Positions 19,347 to 28,142 of a DNA stretch of 64,000 bases are shown here, in pieces (position 1 is the stretch's first letter; each line of letters opens with the position of its first letter). This DNA is from Spirochaetota bacterium (GTDB lineage: Bacteria; Spirochaetota; UBA6919; CBDBPB01). The stretch covers positions 93,725 through 157,724 of the forward strand of contig CBDBPB010000001.1 of NCBI GenBank assembly GCA_965208615.1. Direction: 5' to 3'. Both the position numbers and the translations under genes were made by a program. Under the pieces are notes generated by a model. That model saw nothing but the letters and a program-made list of their open reading frames with translations, searched no databases and was not told the origin of the DNA.

Positions 19347-21107
19347 TTATTTTTTTAGTCGTGGATCAATAGCTTCTCTTATGGCGTCTCCTAACAGGTT
19401 ATACGTTGTAACTGATATGAATATTGCAAATCCTGGTACTAATGAAAGCCACCAATAGTTTAAAACATCGCTTTGACCCATACTAATCATTTGTCCCCAA
19501 CTGGGATTAGGGTCTTGTACACCAAAGCCTAAAAAGCTTAAACCTGCTTCTATTAACATGGCTGATGCTATACCAAATGCGGCTGACACTAAAACAGGAG
19601 TTAGGGAGTTGGGTAATATATGTTTAAATATAATACTTAAATTGGATACGCCTAATGCCTTAGCCGCTGTTACAAACTCTTGATTTCGTAGTTTTAAGAA
19701 CTCTGCTCTGGTAAGCCTTGCTATCCCTGTCCAGCTTGTTAAGCCTATTATAACCATAATCTTCATAATACTTGGTCCTAAAAATGCGATTATTGTTAAT
19801 ATCAAAAAGAAACTTGGAAAGCATATTACAATCTCTATGAATCTGGATATTATAATATCTACCCATCCACCGAAGTATCCCGCTAAGGCACCAATAATAA
19901 TACCGATTATAACGTATATAGACACAGCAACAAACCCAACCGATAAAGATACCCTCGCACCCCATATCATCCGTGATAACACATCACGCCCAGTGTGGTC
20001 AGTACCCAATATATGTCTACCGTAATTATTGTCTGATATATATTTTAGTATACTGGGTTTTTGATATTTCTCTTCTAAGAAGTTTTCATTAAATCCAAAG
20101 GGTACCATTGGGAAAATAGCGTAGTCATTAGTCGACGACTTAATTATCATATTTTTATAGTTAATGGGTATTTGGGGGTCAGAGTTTAATATTAAAAGCA
20201 TACATGGTAGTGTTATCCATATTATTAGGGTTATATATATTATTCGCCTTTTTGTAATTTTATTATGGCTAAGTTTAAATGCTATTCTTTTAACTATGGG
20301 GAAAATAAGTATAAACAACAATCCCATCATAAAAATAACGTCTAATATAGATAGGCTTGAGAATGCAGGAAAGGTTAATTTTTTAACCAGTTCTTTTTCT
20401 ACTTTGCCAAAGGATAGGGTATTTACTATTTCTTTTTTAATATTACCCAGTTTTATAGCGGTATTAATATTTTTATCTTTGAATATTAGTTTATACTTGT
20501 CTTTAATTTTATCAATATGCTTATTTAGTTTTTCGGACAGAGGGAACTTAAGTTTATCGAGGTTATATATTATTAGTTTGGCATTTTTATTTTTGTTTAG
20601 CTTATGATCTATCTCTATTAGGCTTATATTAAGTTGTTCTTTTTGGCTATACTTTTTAACCCGTTTTTGTTTTAGGGATAGTATTTTAGCTCCTATTTTC
20701 TTCTTTTGATTTTTGAGGTCTTTGTTATTAGCGTTTTCATTGATTAGCTCTCTTAGTCTTTCTTCTTTATTTGTTAACCGATCCTTTTGTTGATTGAGCT
20801 TATGTATGACATTTTTGAGCAGGTTAAACTCTTTATTAGCCTTATTTTTTTGTTTAGTTAGTTCATTTTGTTTTGGGCGATTATTTACATATACGTTATG
20901 GGCTCTTTCCCACGCTGGATAGTAATACTTATAATACTCACCGTAGTTAGTGTATAGAATTAGAGGTTTATCATTGGCTAACAGGGGAGCAAATATGGCT
21001 ATAAAGAAAAATATAAATATTATCCACAAGGATATTATGGCAGACTTCTTTTTTTTAAGCTGTTTTAATACTATATTTAGATAAGAGTTATTTTCTTTAT
21101 GAATCAT
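19347..21107 (-). CDS. OppC/DppC-like ABC permease with a ~300-aa insertion after TM1 (coiled coil plus extra TM segments)
   Basis: The C-terminal 270 aa are canonical (HILGTD..GRDV, AAKALGVSNLSIIFKHILPNSLTPV). Residues ~70-330 are a K/N/E-rich heptad-like region followed by hydrophobic helices. Confidence 0.85.
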   Translation of the reverse strand: MIHKENNSYLNIVLKQLKKKKSAIISLWIIFIFFFIAIFAPLLANDKPLILYTNYGEYYKYYYPAWERAHNVYVNNRPKQNELTKQKNKANKEFNLLKNVIHKLNQQKDRLTNKEERLRELINENANNKDLKNQKKKIGAKILSLKQKRVKKYSQKEQLNISLIEIDHKLNKNKNAKLIIYNLDKLKFPLSEKLNKHIDKIKDKYKLIFKDKNINTAIKLGNIKKEIVNTLSFGKVEKELVKKLTFPAFSSLSILDVIFMMGLLFILIFPIVKRIAFKLSHNKITKRRIIYITLIIWITLPCMLLILNSDPQIPINYKNMIIKSSTNDYAIFPMVPFGFNENFLEEKYQKPSILKYISDNNYGRHILGTDHTGRDVLSRMIWGARVSLSVGFVAVSIYVIIGIIIGALAGYFGGWVDIIISRFIEIVICFPSFFLILTIIAFLGPSIMKIMVIIGLTSWTGIARLTRAEFLKLRNQEFVTAAKALGVSNLSIIFKHILPNSLTPVLVSAAFGIASAMLIEAGLSFLGFGVQDPNPSWGQMISMGQSDVLNYWWLSLVPGFAIFISVTTYNLLGDAIREAIDPRLKK

Positions 21108-21115
21108 ATTAGTCC

Positions 21116-22120
21116 TTAGTCAAAGGATATTCTGGGGTTTATAACAACATATATTATATCAACTATTAGTATACCCAAAAGCGTTAACACAGAGGATAAG
21201 TAAAATACAGCCATAACAACGTTATAATCTCTATCATAGATGGCGTTAAAGCTTAACCTACCCATACCAGGTATATCAAATATTTTTTCTATTATTATAT
21301 TCCCGCCTATTAGGGCTGGTAATATACTTCCTGCAATAGTGATTATTGGGATTAAGGAGTTTCTAAGGGCATGTTTTAGTACAACGGTTTTTTCAGATAG
21401 TCCTTTTGCTCTAGCAGTTCTTATGTAGTCCTGTCTTAAGACCTCAAGCATACCCCCTCTCATTTGTCTCGCTAGATAAGCATATCCAGCAAATGTCATA
21501 CATGTTATTGGTAATATTAGGTGTTCTATAAGGCTTATTATTGGCAGGTCTAAAGATAGTCCCTGTGCTGGAAATAGTCTTATGGGTAGTCCTAATATAA
21601 ACTCTTGTGTTATTTGCTCACTGGCCAAGAGATTTAAAAGCCATATTGCAACAAAAAAGCTCGGCAAAGAATAGAGCATAAACAATATTAGAGTAATGAT
21701 TTTATCCTGTATGGTATTCTCTTTAACGGATGTATAAACTCCAAGAGGTATGGCGATTATATATATTATTAGTATTGATATGGTGGATAATAATAGTGTA
21801 ATGGGTATAGCCTCGGCCAACAGGGAGTTTACCGATTTACCGTTATGAGTTATTGACTCACCAAAGTCAAAAGTTATGACTTTCTTAAGCCACATTATAT
21901 ATTGTATGTGTAAGGGTTTATCGAGGTTATATCGTCTTCTGAACTCGTCAACGGTTTCAAAGGATACCTCTTTGGACTTCTGAACAATTTGTCCACCTTG
22001 TTGTTCTAGTAGTTCAGCTGGATTACCTGGTGCAAGGTGGATCACTATAAAAGATATAATAGTTATACCAAATATGGTGGGGATCATTACTAAGAGCCGT
22101 TTTACTATATAGTTAAACAT
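21116..22120 (-). CDS. OppB/DppB-like ABC permease
   Basis: MFNYIVKRLL...HLAPGNP N-terminus and YIRTARAKGLSEKTVVLKHALRNSLIPIIT. Confidence 0.9.
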   Translation of the reverse strand: MFNYIVKRLLVMIPTIFGITIISFIVIHLAPGNPAELLEQQGGQIVQKSKEVSFETVDEFRRRYNLDKPLHIQYIMWLKKVITFDFGESITHNGKSVNSLLAEAIPITLLLSTISILIIYIIAIPLGVYTSVKENTIQDKIITLILFMLYSLPSFFVAIWLLNLLASEQITQEFILGLPIRLFPAQGLSLDLPIISLIEHLILPITCMTFAGYAYLARQMRGGMLEVLRQDYIRTARAKGLSEKTVVLKHALRNSLIPIITIAGSILPALIGGNIIIEKIFDIPGMGRLSFNAIYDRDYNVVMAVFYLSSVLTLLGILIVDIIYVVINPRISFD

Positions 22121-22399
22121 ATTCTCTCTTTATATTCGAGTTAATTGTTTATATAATAGTCAATATATGTTTAAAAGACAAATAAGCTATTAAAAAGTTT
22201 ATTCTTAAATTAGTTATATTGTCCTTCTAAATAGATATTTTTTTAATTTTAGAGCTTATATTTAGTAGAGCGATAGTTATAGCAAAGCTATAGACTAACT
22301 ATTTAAATTGTAATTAGTTATAACTATATACTCATGGTTAAATACTCTATTTTTCTATATAGAAAAGAGAAAAACTTAATACTTTTATAAAACATGGTC

Positions 22400-22428
22400 T
22401 TGACTAAGAATATAATATTATATATTAT
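22400..22428 (+). promoter_or_regulatory. Candidate sigma70-type promoter for the HU gene
   Basis: TTGACT (22400-22405), 17-nt spacer, TATTAT (22423-22428), about 65 nt upstream of the ATG. The AT-rich background makes -10-like hexamers common. Confidence 0.3.
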
Positions 22429-22493
22429 TGGAATGAGTTTAGAGAGCGGAATTTAGCTTTTAAGGTTTACGTTTATAAAACAAGGAGGAAAGT

Positions 22494-22772
22494 ATGAACA
22501 AATCTGAGTTAGTTGATGCCATAGCTAAAAAGAGTGGTTTATCCAAAAAAGATAGTGAAACAGGACTTAACTCTTTTATGGAAATAGTAAGAAATACCCT
22601 TAAAAAAGGCGATAAAGTCTCATTAGTAGGCTTTGGAACGTTTCAGGTAATGAAAAGAAAGGCTACTACAGGGGTTAATCCTAAAACAAAAGAAAAAATT
22701 AATATACCAGCTAAAAAAGTGGCTAAACTTAAATTTAGTGACTCCATAAACGGTATATTAAACAAAAAATAG
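22494..22772 (+). CDS. hup: HU-family DNA-binding protein
   Basis: MNKSELVDAIA...GFGTF.V..R.A..G.NP.T...I.IPA motif, 92 aa, RBS AAGGAGG. Confidence 0.95.
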   Translation: MNKSELVDAIAKKSGLSKKDSETGLNSFMEIVRNTLKKGDKVSLVGFGTFQVMKRKATTGVNPKTKEKINIPAKKVAKLKFSDSINGILNKK

Positions 22773-22785
22773 TAAATAAATAGAG

Positions 22786-22810
22786 AGTCTGGTATATACC
22801 GGACTTTTTA
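22786..22810 (+). terminator. Rho-independent terminator after the HU gene
   Basis: AGTCTGG-TATATA-CCGGACT hairpin (one G-U pair) followed by TTTTTATTT. Confidence 0.6.
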
Positions 22811-22979
22811 TTTATCATTCTATAACATAAAACAAAGAAACTCTTATAACTTACATTGTAAAGTTATATAATATTATATATTCAGTTATAATTTTCCTTT
22901 TCATTAGCATTAATTTTTAGTACCTTCTTTATTATATAGCCAGCTAACTTGTGATTTAATCCTATAAGTGAGGTAATAA

Positions 22980-23483
22980 TTGAAAGAATCAGATTTTAAA
23001 GAAGTAGATATTAGTAGTCTTATTGAGCTATTTAATAGATATAAAATAGATGAGCTCAATTTAGAAGATAACGGTGTTAAACTAGAACTTAAACGAGATT
23101 TACCTCTAAAAATGAGGAAAACTCAACTATATACAAACATACCTAATAACCCTATTGTAAATCAACCTGTAGATTATAAAAAAGACCTCTCCAAAAAAGA
23201 CTTAACTAAAAACTCAGTCAAAGACTCAAAAGAAGAAAACAATTACTTTAAGATAACCTCTCCTATGGCAGGGACATTCTATCAAGCGGCTTCTCCTACC
23301 GATAAACCATACGCAAAAGTAGGAAGTAATATTTCTAGTAACTCTGTTATATGTATTATAGAAGCAATGAAAATGATGAATGAGATAAAAGCTGAGGTTA
23401 AAGGTAAAATAGTTAAAATCTTAGTTGAGGATGGAAAACCAGTACTAGCAGGAACTGTCTTATTCTGGGTCGACAAAGACTAA
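22980..23483 (+). CDS. accB: Biotin carboxyl carrier protein (AccB-type)
   Basis: Biotinylation motif EAMKMMNEI in a C-terminal lipoyl-like domain. TTG start after GAGGT. No accC follows, as the next gene is convergent. Confidence 0.85.
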   Translation: MKESDFKEVDISSLIELFNRYKIDELNLEDNGVKLELKRDLPLKMRKTQLYTNIPNNPIVNQPVDYKKDLSKKDLTKNSVKDSKEENNYFKITSPMAGTFYQAASPTDKPYAKVGSNISSNSVICIIEAMKMMNEIKAEVKGKIVKILVEDGKPVLAGTVLFWVDKD

Positions 23484-23509
23484 ATTAATTAACATACGTC
23501 GGACATATT

Positions 23510-25303
23510 TTAGAATATAATTATTTGAAAGTTTTTATTACTCTCCAAAAGCTTTTCAATTTTATCCACATACTCACTACTATTTTCCCTCAGTCTATGA
23601 GGAAGATAAATGACTAACAGCGAAGGAACATAGCTTTCACCGTTAATACACAGCTTAAAAAGGGTTAAATAAAAGCATATTACAAAAATATCCTTTTGGT
23701 AGTCTGTTAGATCATTAAAGCTAACTACCCTTTTTTCGTAGGATATCTTTAGCATATACAACCTATTAAAGCTTATTGAGTAAACCTTAGGAAAACCAAA
23801 ATAGTTTAGATTATTTTTTAGACATTCAAAGAAATTTAATAATATTTTCTTATGCTCTAACTCATAACTATCCCTTAGAATATCCATACACCGTATTACA
23901 GTTTTTCTCTCTTCGTTTAATGGTCTTTTAAATAATGCCTCGTCAATGATAAGGTCATGGAATGCGTTGAGCTCTATTATATACTTATAATTTTTACTTA
24001 TTAGTTCTTTTATATTTTGGTCTATAGAACTAATATCCAGCTCAATATCTTTTATGGTTTTACTATTTTTACACTTTATATTTTCTATACTTTTATTTTT
24101 CTTATTTTGTAGATCGGCTATATTTTCATTTAATACGTTGATCTTAGAAAGATTAATATAATAGTTTGCAATAAGTTGTTCAATTTTTTCTGAGTCAATA
24201 TCACTAAGTATATTAGGCTTTTTAAATAGGTTAAACTGTTTATTATTTAGGTCGATTTGTTTATTAGTTTTTTCTGATTTAAACTCTCCTCCAAGCTGTT
24301 GTATTTCTTTTAGGATTAATAATTCTTTAGTTTTTAATTTATATAGTTTATGGGTTAGCTCAGTTATTTCATGTTCTATTTTTTTTTCTGTATTAAGGTG
24401 GAACTCTTCATCAGCCATAGTAACTATAGATTTTTTCAAGTCTTTTAGTGAGTTCTTTCTTTTTATCAGGTTAAAAAAGCGTTTTTCCCAACCTATTAAG
24501 TTATCTTCATTTGTTTGGAATACCCTATTAGTAATATTATTTTTTAGTTTACTGGCTGTTTGTATATAAAAGTCATTTTCTGATATTCGTGTTTGAAAAA
24601 AAGAGATAGCTGGTATTCCTTTCAGCCCTAGTATCACCTGCATAGCTCTTTTTCGCCAATAATTGCTCTGTTTTTCACAGAAGAGCTTGTATGGTCTTTT
24701 TTCATCTATAAAAAACATATTTAGGTATGTGGCAAAGGTTATTGGATGAGCTATAAGTCTTTTATTAGCGTATGAGGCATTCATAAGAAATGGAAGACAT
24801 AACTTATTACTAAAAAAGCTTTTCAGTTGATATTCTATATCCTTAAGCCCCTTTCCTTTAATAAGCGGAGAACTATATTTTGATAATTGGGATATTAAAG
24901 ATGGATATATTGCTAAACTTCTTTTCTCAACAAGGTTAATATTAATAGTATATATTTCTTTTTTTAGTTTAAACTCCATTAATATGTTATTTATTAGTTT
25001 TTTTGAGCTATTTGATAGGTCATTCTTTCCGGTAAGACAAAGTTTGATTATATACTGACAATCATATTCTTTTAACTTATTATTATCTATAAGGTTATTA
25101 ACACCTTTATTAAATTTAAGGTCTAGGATATCACCTAGTTTTATTCTTTGCAAGAGTAGATTAGAGGATCCATTTTTGTAATAATCCTCAAGTTGAGGAT
25201 AAAAAAGTTCCCACTTCTTCATAAGAAAAGGAAAAGGTGAGATATAGTTTTCTAGATCATTTATAATTTTGATATTGTCCATAATGGTAAATAACTTTAT
25301 CAA
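23510..25303 (-). CDS. Hypothetical 597-aa cytoplasmic protein with a central coiled coil
   Basis: Long clean ORF with a K/E/N/L heptad-like region around residues 300-440. No catalytic motif recognised. Confidence 0.7.
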   Translation of the reverse strand: MIKLFTIMDNIKIINDLENYISPFPFLMKKWELFYPQLEDYYKNGSSNLLLQRIKLGDILDLKFNKGVNNLIDNNKLKEYDCQYIIKLCLTGKNDLSNSSKKLINNILMEFKLKKEIYTININLVEKRSLAIYPSLISQLSKYSSPLIKGKGLKDIEYQLKSFFSNKLCLPFLMNASYANKRLIAHPITFATYLNMFFIDEKRPYKLFCEKQSNYWRKRAMQVILGLKGIPAISFFQTRISENDFYIQTASKLKNNITNRVFQTNEDNLIGWEKRFFNLIKRKNSLKDLKKSIVTMADEEFHLNTEKKIEHEITELTHKLYKLKTKELLILKEIQQLGGEFKSEKTNKQIDLNNKQFNLFKKPNILSDIDSEKIEQLIANYYINLSKINVLNENIADLQNKKNKSIENIKCKNSKTIKDIELDISSIDQNIKELISKNYKYIIELNAFHDLIIDEALFKRPLNEERKTVIRCMDILRDSYELEHKKILLNFFECLKNNLNYFGFPKVYSISFNRLYMLKISYEKRVVSFNDLTDYQKDIFVICFYLTLFKLCINGESYVPSLLVIYLPHRLRENSSEYVDKIEKLLESNKNFQIIIF

Positions 25304-25660
25304 AGAGTTGTTAACTCAATTTTTATATACCCTAGTCTGGGACTAAATATCTTATTTATTAGCTGACCTTAGCTTAGTATAGTAAATACTAAATAGTTAG
25401 CTTAACGGCTGAGCAGTATTACTTTGAAAATAGTTATTATACTGACTTTTAGCTAGACATATTATCGTAATTTTAATAAAATAACAATAATATTTCCTAC
25501 AAACGGTAAAAAGATTAAAAAAAAAAACACCATTAGTATACTTAAACAATTAACTCCCTTATTTATTATAAGGCTATATACTTACTTTAGTAAAATATAA
25601 CAATATTGGTGTTATACTACTATATAAAAACCATCTATGACTTAGAATATTTATAAAACT

Positions 25661-26794
25661 ATGAAAGAAGGTTATACAGAAATCAGCCTGGAACACATTG
25701 CAGTAAACTCTACCTTGGCATATCCTATATACGACAAGGATGATAATGAAATACTACCTGGGCATACAATTCTAACAAAAGAAAAAATAAACTCTCTTAT
25801 AAAATCCGGAATTACAAAAGTATATTATTTAAAAGAAGCCTTTAACAAAAAAAAGTCCGCAATTAAAACTTATTTGAATAAGAATAGTTATACTGGTCCT
25901 AGGTCAATAAGCTCAAAAACACAAAATAAAGGCATAAACTTAATGGGTGACCTAGTTGATGCCATTAAAAACTATTTGATAGACTTTAAGTCGGATGACC
26001 TTAATGAACTAGTTAATGCCATAAATAAAGACCTTGATGAAAATCAACAAGAAGTCGTTAACCTATTAGACGTTATTGATTTTGATGATTATACATATAC
26101 CCATTCTTTAAATGTTGGCATTATATCTATGGTTTTCGCAAGGAACAATAGATTACCAAAAGACGTTATAAGAGATATTGGAATAGGCGGCTTTTTGCAC
26201 GATATAGGAAAAATAAGGCTTCCAAAAGAAATTGTGAATAAAACTGAAGAATTAACTCCTCAAGAATATACCCTATTACAAGAACATAGCCTAATAGGTT
26301 ATGATATTATAAAAAATGACTACTTCTTTAGCGACTTGGTCAAAGAAATAGTATTATCCCACCATGAACGCAAGGATGGAAACGGATATCCTAATAAACT
26401 TTCAGGAAAAGAAATTAGTAATGAAATAGAAATTGTATCCTTAGCTGATCTGTTTGACTCTCTTACAACTGAAAAACCATATAGAAAATCCATAGATACT
26501 AGGACTGCACTAGAACAAATGTTAACTTATACTAATCTTTTTAGTAAAACATTATTAAAACAGTTTGTAAAAGATATGGTTATAGTATTCAGAGAAAGTA
26601 ACTTTTATCCAGTAGGTAGTTATGTCATTCTTAATACCAATGAACTGGCTAATGTTATTACCATTGACAAAACTAACTTTTTTCGTCCAACTATTAATAT
26701 AATAAGCAATCAACATGGTAAAAGACTTAATAAGCCTATCTCAGTTGACCTCAAAATTGACTATTCTCGTAATATCATAAAACGAATAGGTTAA
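25661..26794 (+). CDS. HD-GYP domain protein (putative c-di-GMP phosphodiesterase)
   Basis: HSLNVG, GGFLHDIGK and HHERKDGNGYP motifs. Confidence 0.9.
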   Translation: MKEGYTEISLEHIAVNSTLAYPIYDKDDNEILPGHTILTKEKINSLIKSGITKVYYLKEAFNKKKSAIKTYLNKNSYTGPRSISSKTQNKGINLMGDLVDAIKNYLIDFKSDDLNELVNAINKDLDENQQEVVNLLDVIDFDDYTYTHSLNVGIISMVFARNNRLPKDVIRDIGIGGFLHDIGKIRLPKEIVNKTEELTPQEYTLLQEHSLIGYDIIKNDYFFSDLVKEIVLSHHERKDGNGYPNKLSGKEISNEIEIVSLADLFDSLTTEKPYRKSIDTRTALEQMLTYTNLFSKTLLKQFVKDMVIVFRESNFYPVGSYVILNTNELANVITIDKTNFFRPTINIISNQHGKRLNKPISVDLKIDYSRNIIKRIG

Positions 26795-26867
26795 CTTTTT
26801 ATACTTAACTATACATTTCTGACTATATTAGCTTGGAATTAAACAACTAATATAGTATTTTTATCAA

Positions 26868-28142
26868 ATGATTAGGCATTGTCTTTACTGTATAGTTATA
26901 GTATCTTTTTATACTTATTTTATACCTTCTTATTTATGGTCTAATAGCTATATTTTATATCCTAGGTTAGAAAGTGGTAATAATATAGGAGAGGTATATG
27001 GTTCTAGCTTTTTTATTCCAAAATATGAAATCTTTACATTCTCATCCTTCGTAACAAGCGATTTTAAGAATAGACTCGAATATGGTATACTATCAACCCT
27101 ATCTTATGAACCCTATGGTACAATATCTATAGGGTTTAGCGAAAAAAACTCCCATAATAAAGCTTATAAAGAATCGTCAATCAACCTGTCATACCAAAAA
27201 AGATGGAACATAGCTAACTTTATTATAGGAGCTAACTTTTCTGACCCTATACACTCAAAGGCATTTGAATTTAATAATCCCCTTCTATACTCAATGAATA
27301 TAGCCATACAAATAGAAGCTACACCAGATATACTAATAGAAATAGGCGCTACTAACCTATTTAAAAAATATGATAGTATAGTCAACGATAACAGTGAAGA
27401 ATTCTATACTTCCGTATCCCTTATGCTAATAGAAAGCCTTGCAGTAAAAATATCCATCCATAAATTCAAAAACAATAGAGTAAATGCTAACTTCCTAACC
27501 AGATACTACATAACTAATAATATATTTGTGGGACTAAATCTATCAATCGAACCTTTAGTATTCAGCGTTAGTAGTGGACTATCCGCCTCATTTGGCTCCT
27601 TTAAGATATTTCTCGGTATGAATGAAAATAAAAACTTCTTTGGCCTACTCTCCTTTACTGTACCATATAACCATGATCCAAAGCCTATTAAAAGCCATAA
27701 CAATAAGGGTATAATAAATGATAAAAATCTAATAAATATTAATGCCGCAAATAATAAGCTATTAACCGTATTACCAGGAATCGGACAAAAAACTGCAAAA
27801 CGTATAATAACCTATCGCAAAGAAAATAAAGGATTCTATTCTAAAGAAGAACTCATGATGGTTACTGGAATAGGTATTAAAAAATATGAAAAGCTAAAAG
27901 ACCTAATCACAATAGGTAATATAAATAAAACTAAACGCCTATCCAGCATAAAAAGATGGACAATGAAAGAGTTTATTGATATTGGTTTTTCTCCATCACT
28001 TTCTTTGAAGATAGTCCTATTAATCAGAAATAAGTCAGCCTTTACTAGATTAGAAGACCTTTTAAAAATTAAAAACTTTAATAATACTAAACTAATCCAC
28101 CTTAAAAAAAGGCTAACACAATATGACAATAATAAAAATTAA
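26868..28142 (+). CDS. Envelope protein: N-terminal beta-rich region plus C-terminal ComEA-type helix-hairpin-helix modules
   Basis: Hydrophobic N-terminus, an alternating-pattern region of ~240 aa, then LLTVLPGIGQKTAKRIITYRKENKGFYSKEELMMVTGIGIKKYEKL and a second degenerate HhH. Confidence 0.7.
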   Translation: MIRHCLYCIVIVSFYTYFIPSYLWSNSYILYPRLESGNNIGEVYGSSFFIPKYEIFTFSSFVTSDFKNRLEYGILSTLSYEPYGTISIGFSEKNSHNKAYKESSINLSYQKRWNIANFIIGANFSDPIHSKAFEFNNPLLYSMNIAIQIEATPDILIEIGATNLFKKYDSIVNDNSEEFYTSVSLMLIESLAVKISIHKFKNNRVNANFLTRYYITNNIFVGLNLSIEPLVFSVSSGLSASFGSFKIFLGMNENKNFFGLLSFTVPYNHDPKPIKSHNNKGIINDKNLININAANNKLLTVLPGIGQKTAKRIITYRKENKGFYSKEELMMVTGIGIKKYEKLKDLITIGNINKTKRLSSIKRWTMKEFIDIGFSPSLSLKIVLLIRNKSAFTRLEDLLKIKNFNNTKLIHLKKRLTQYDNNKN

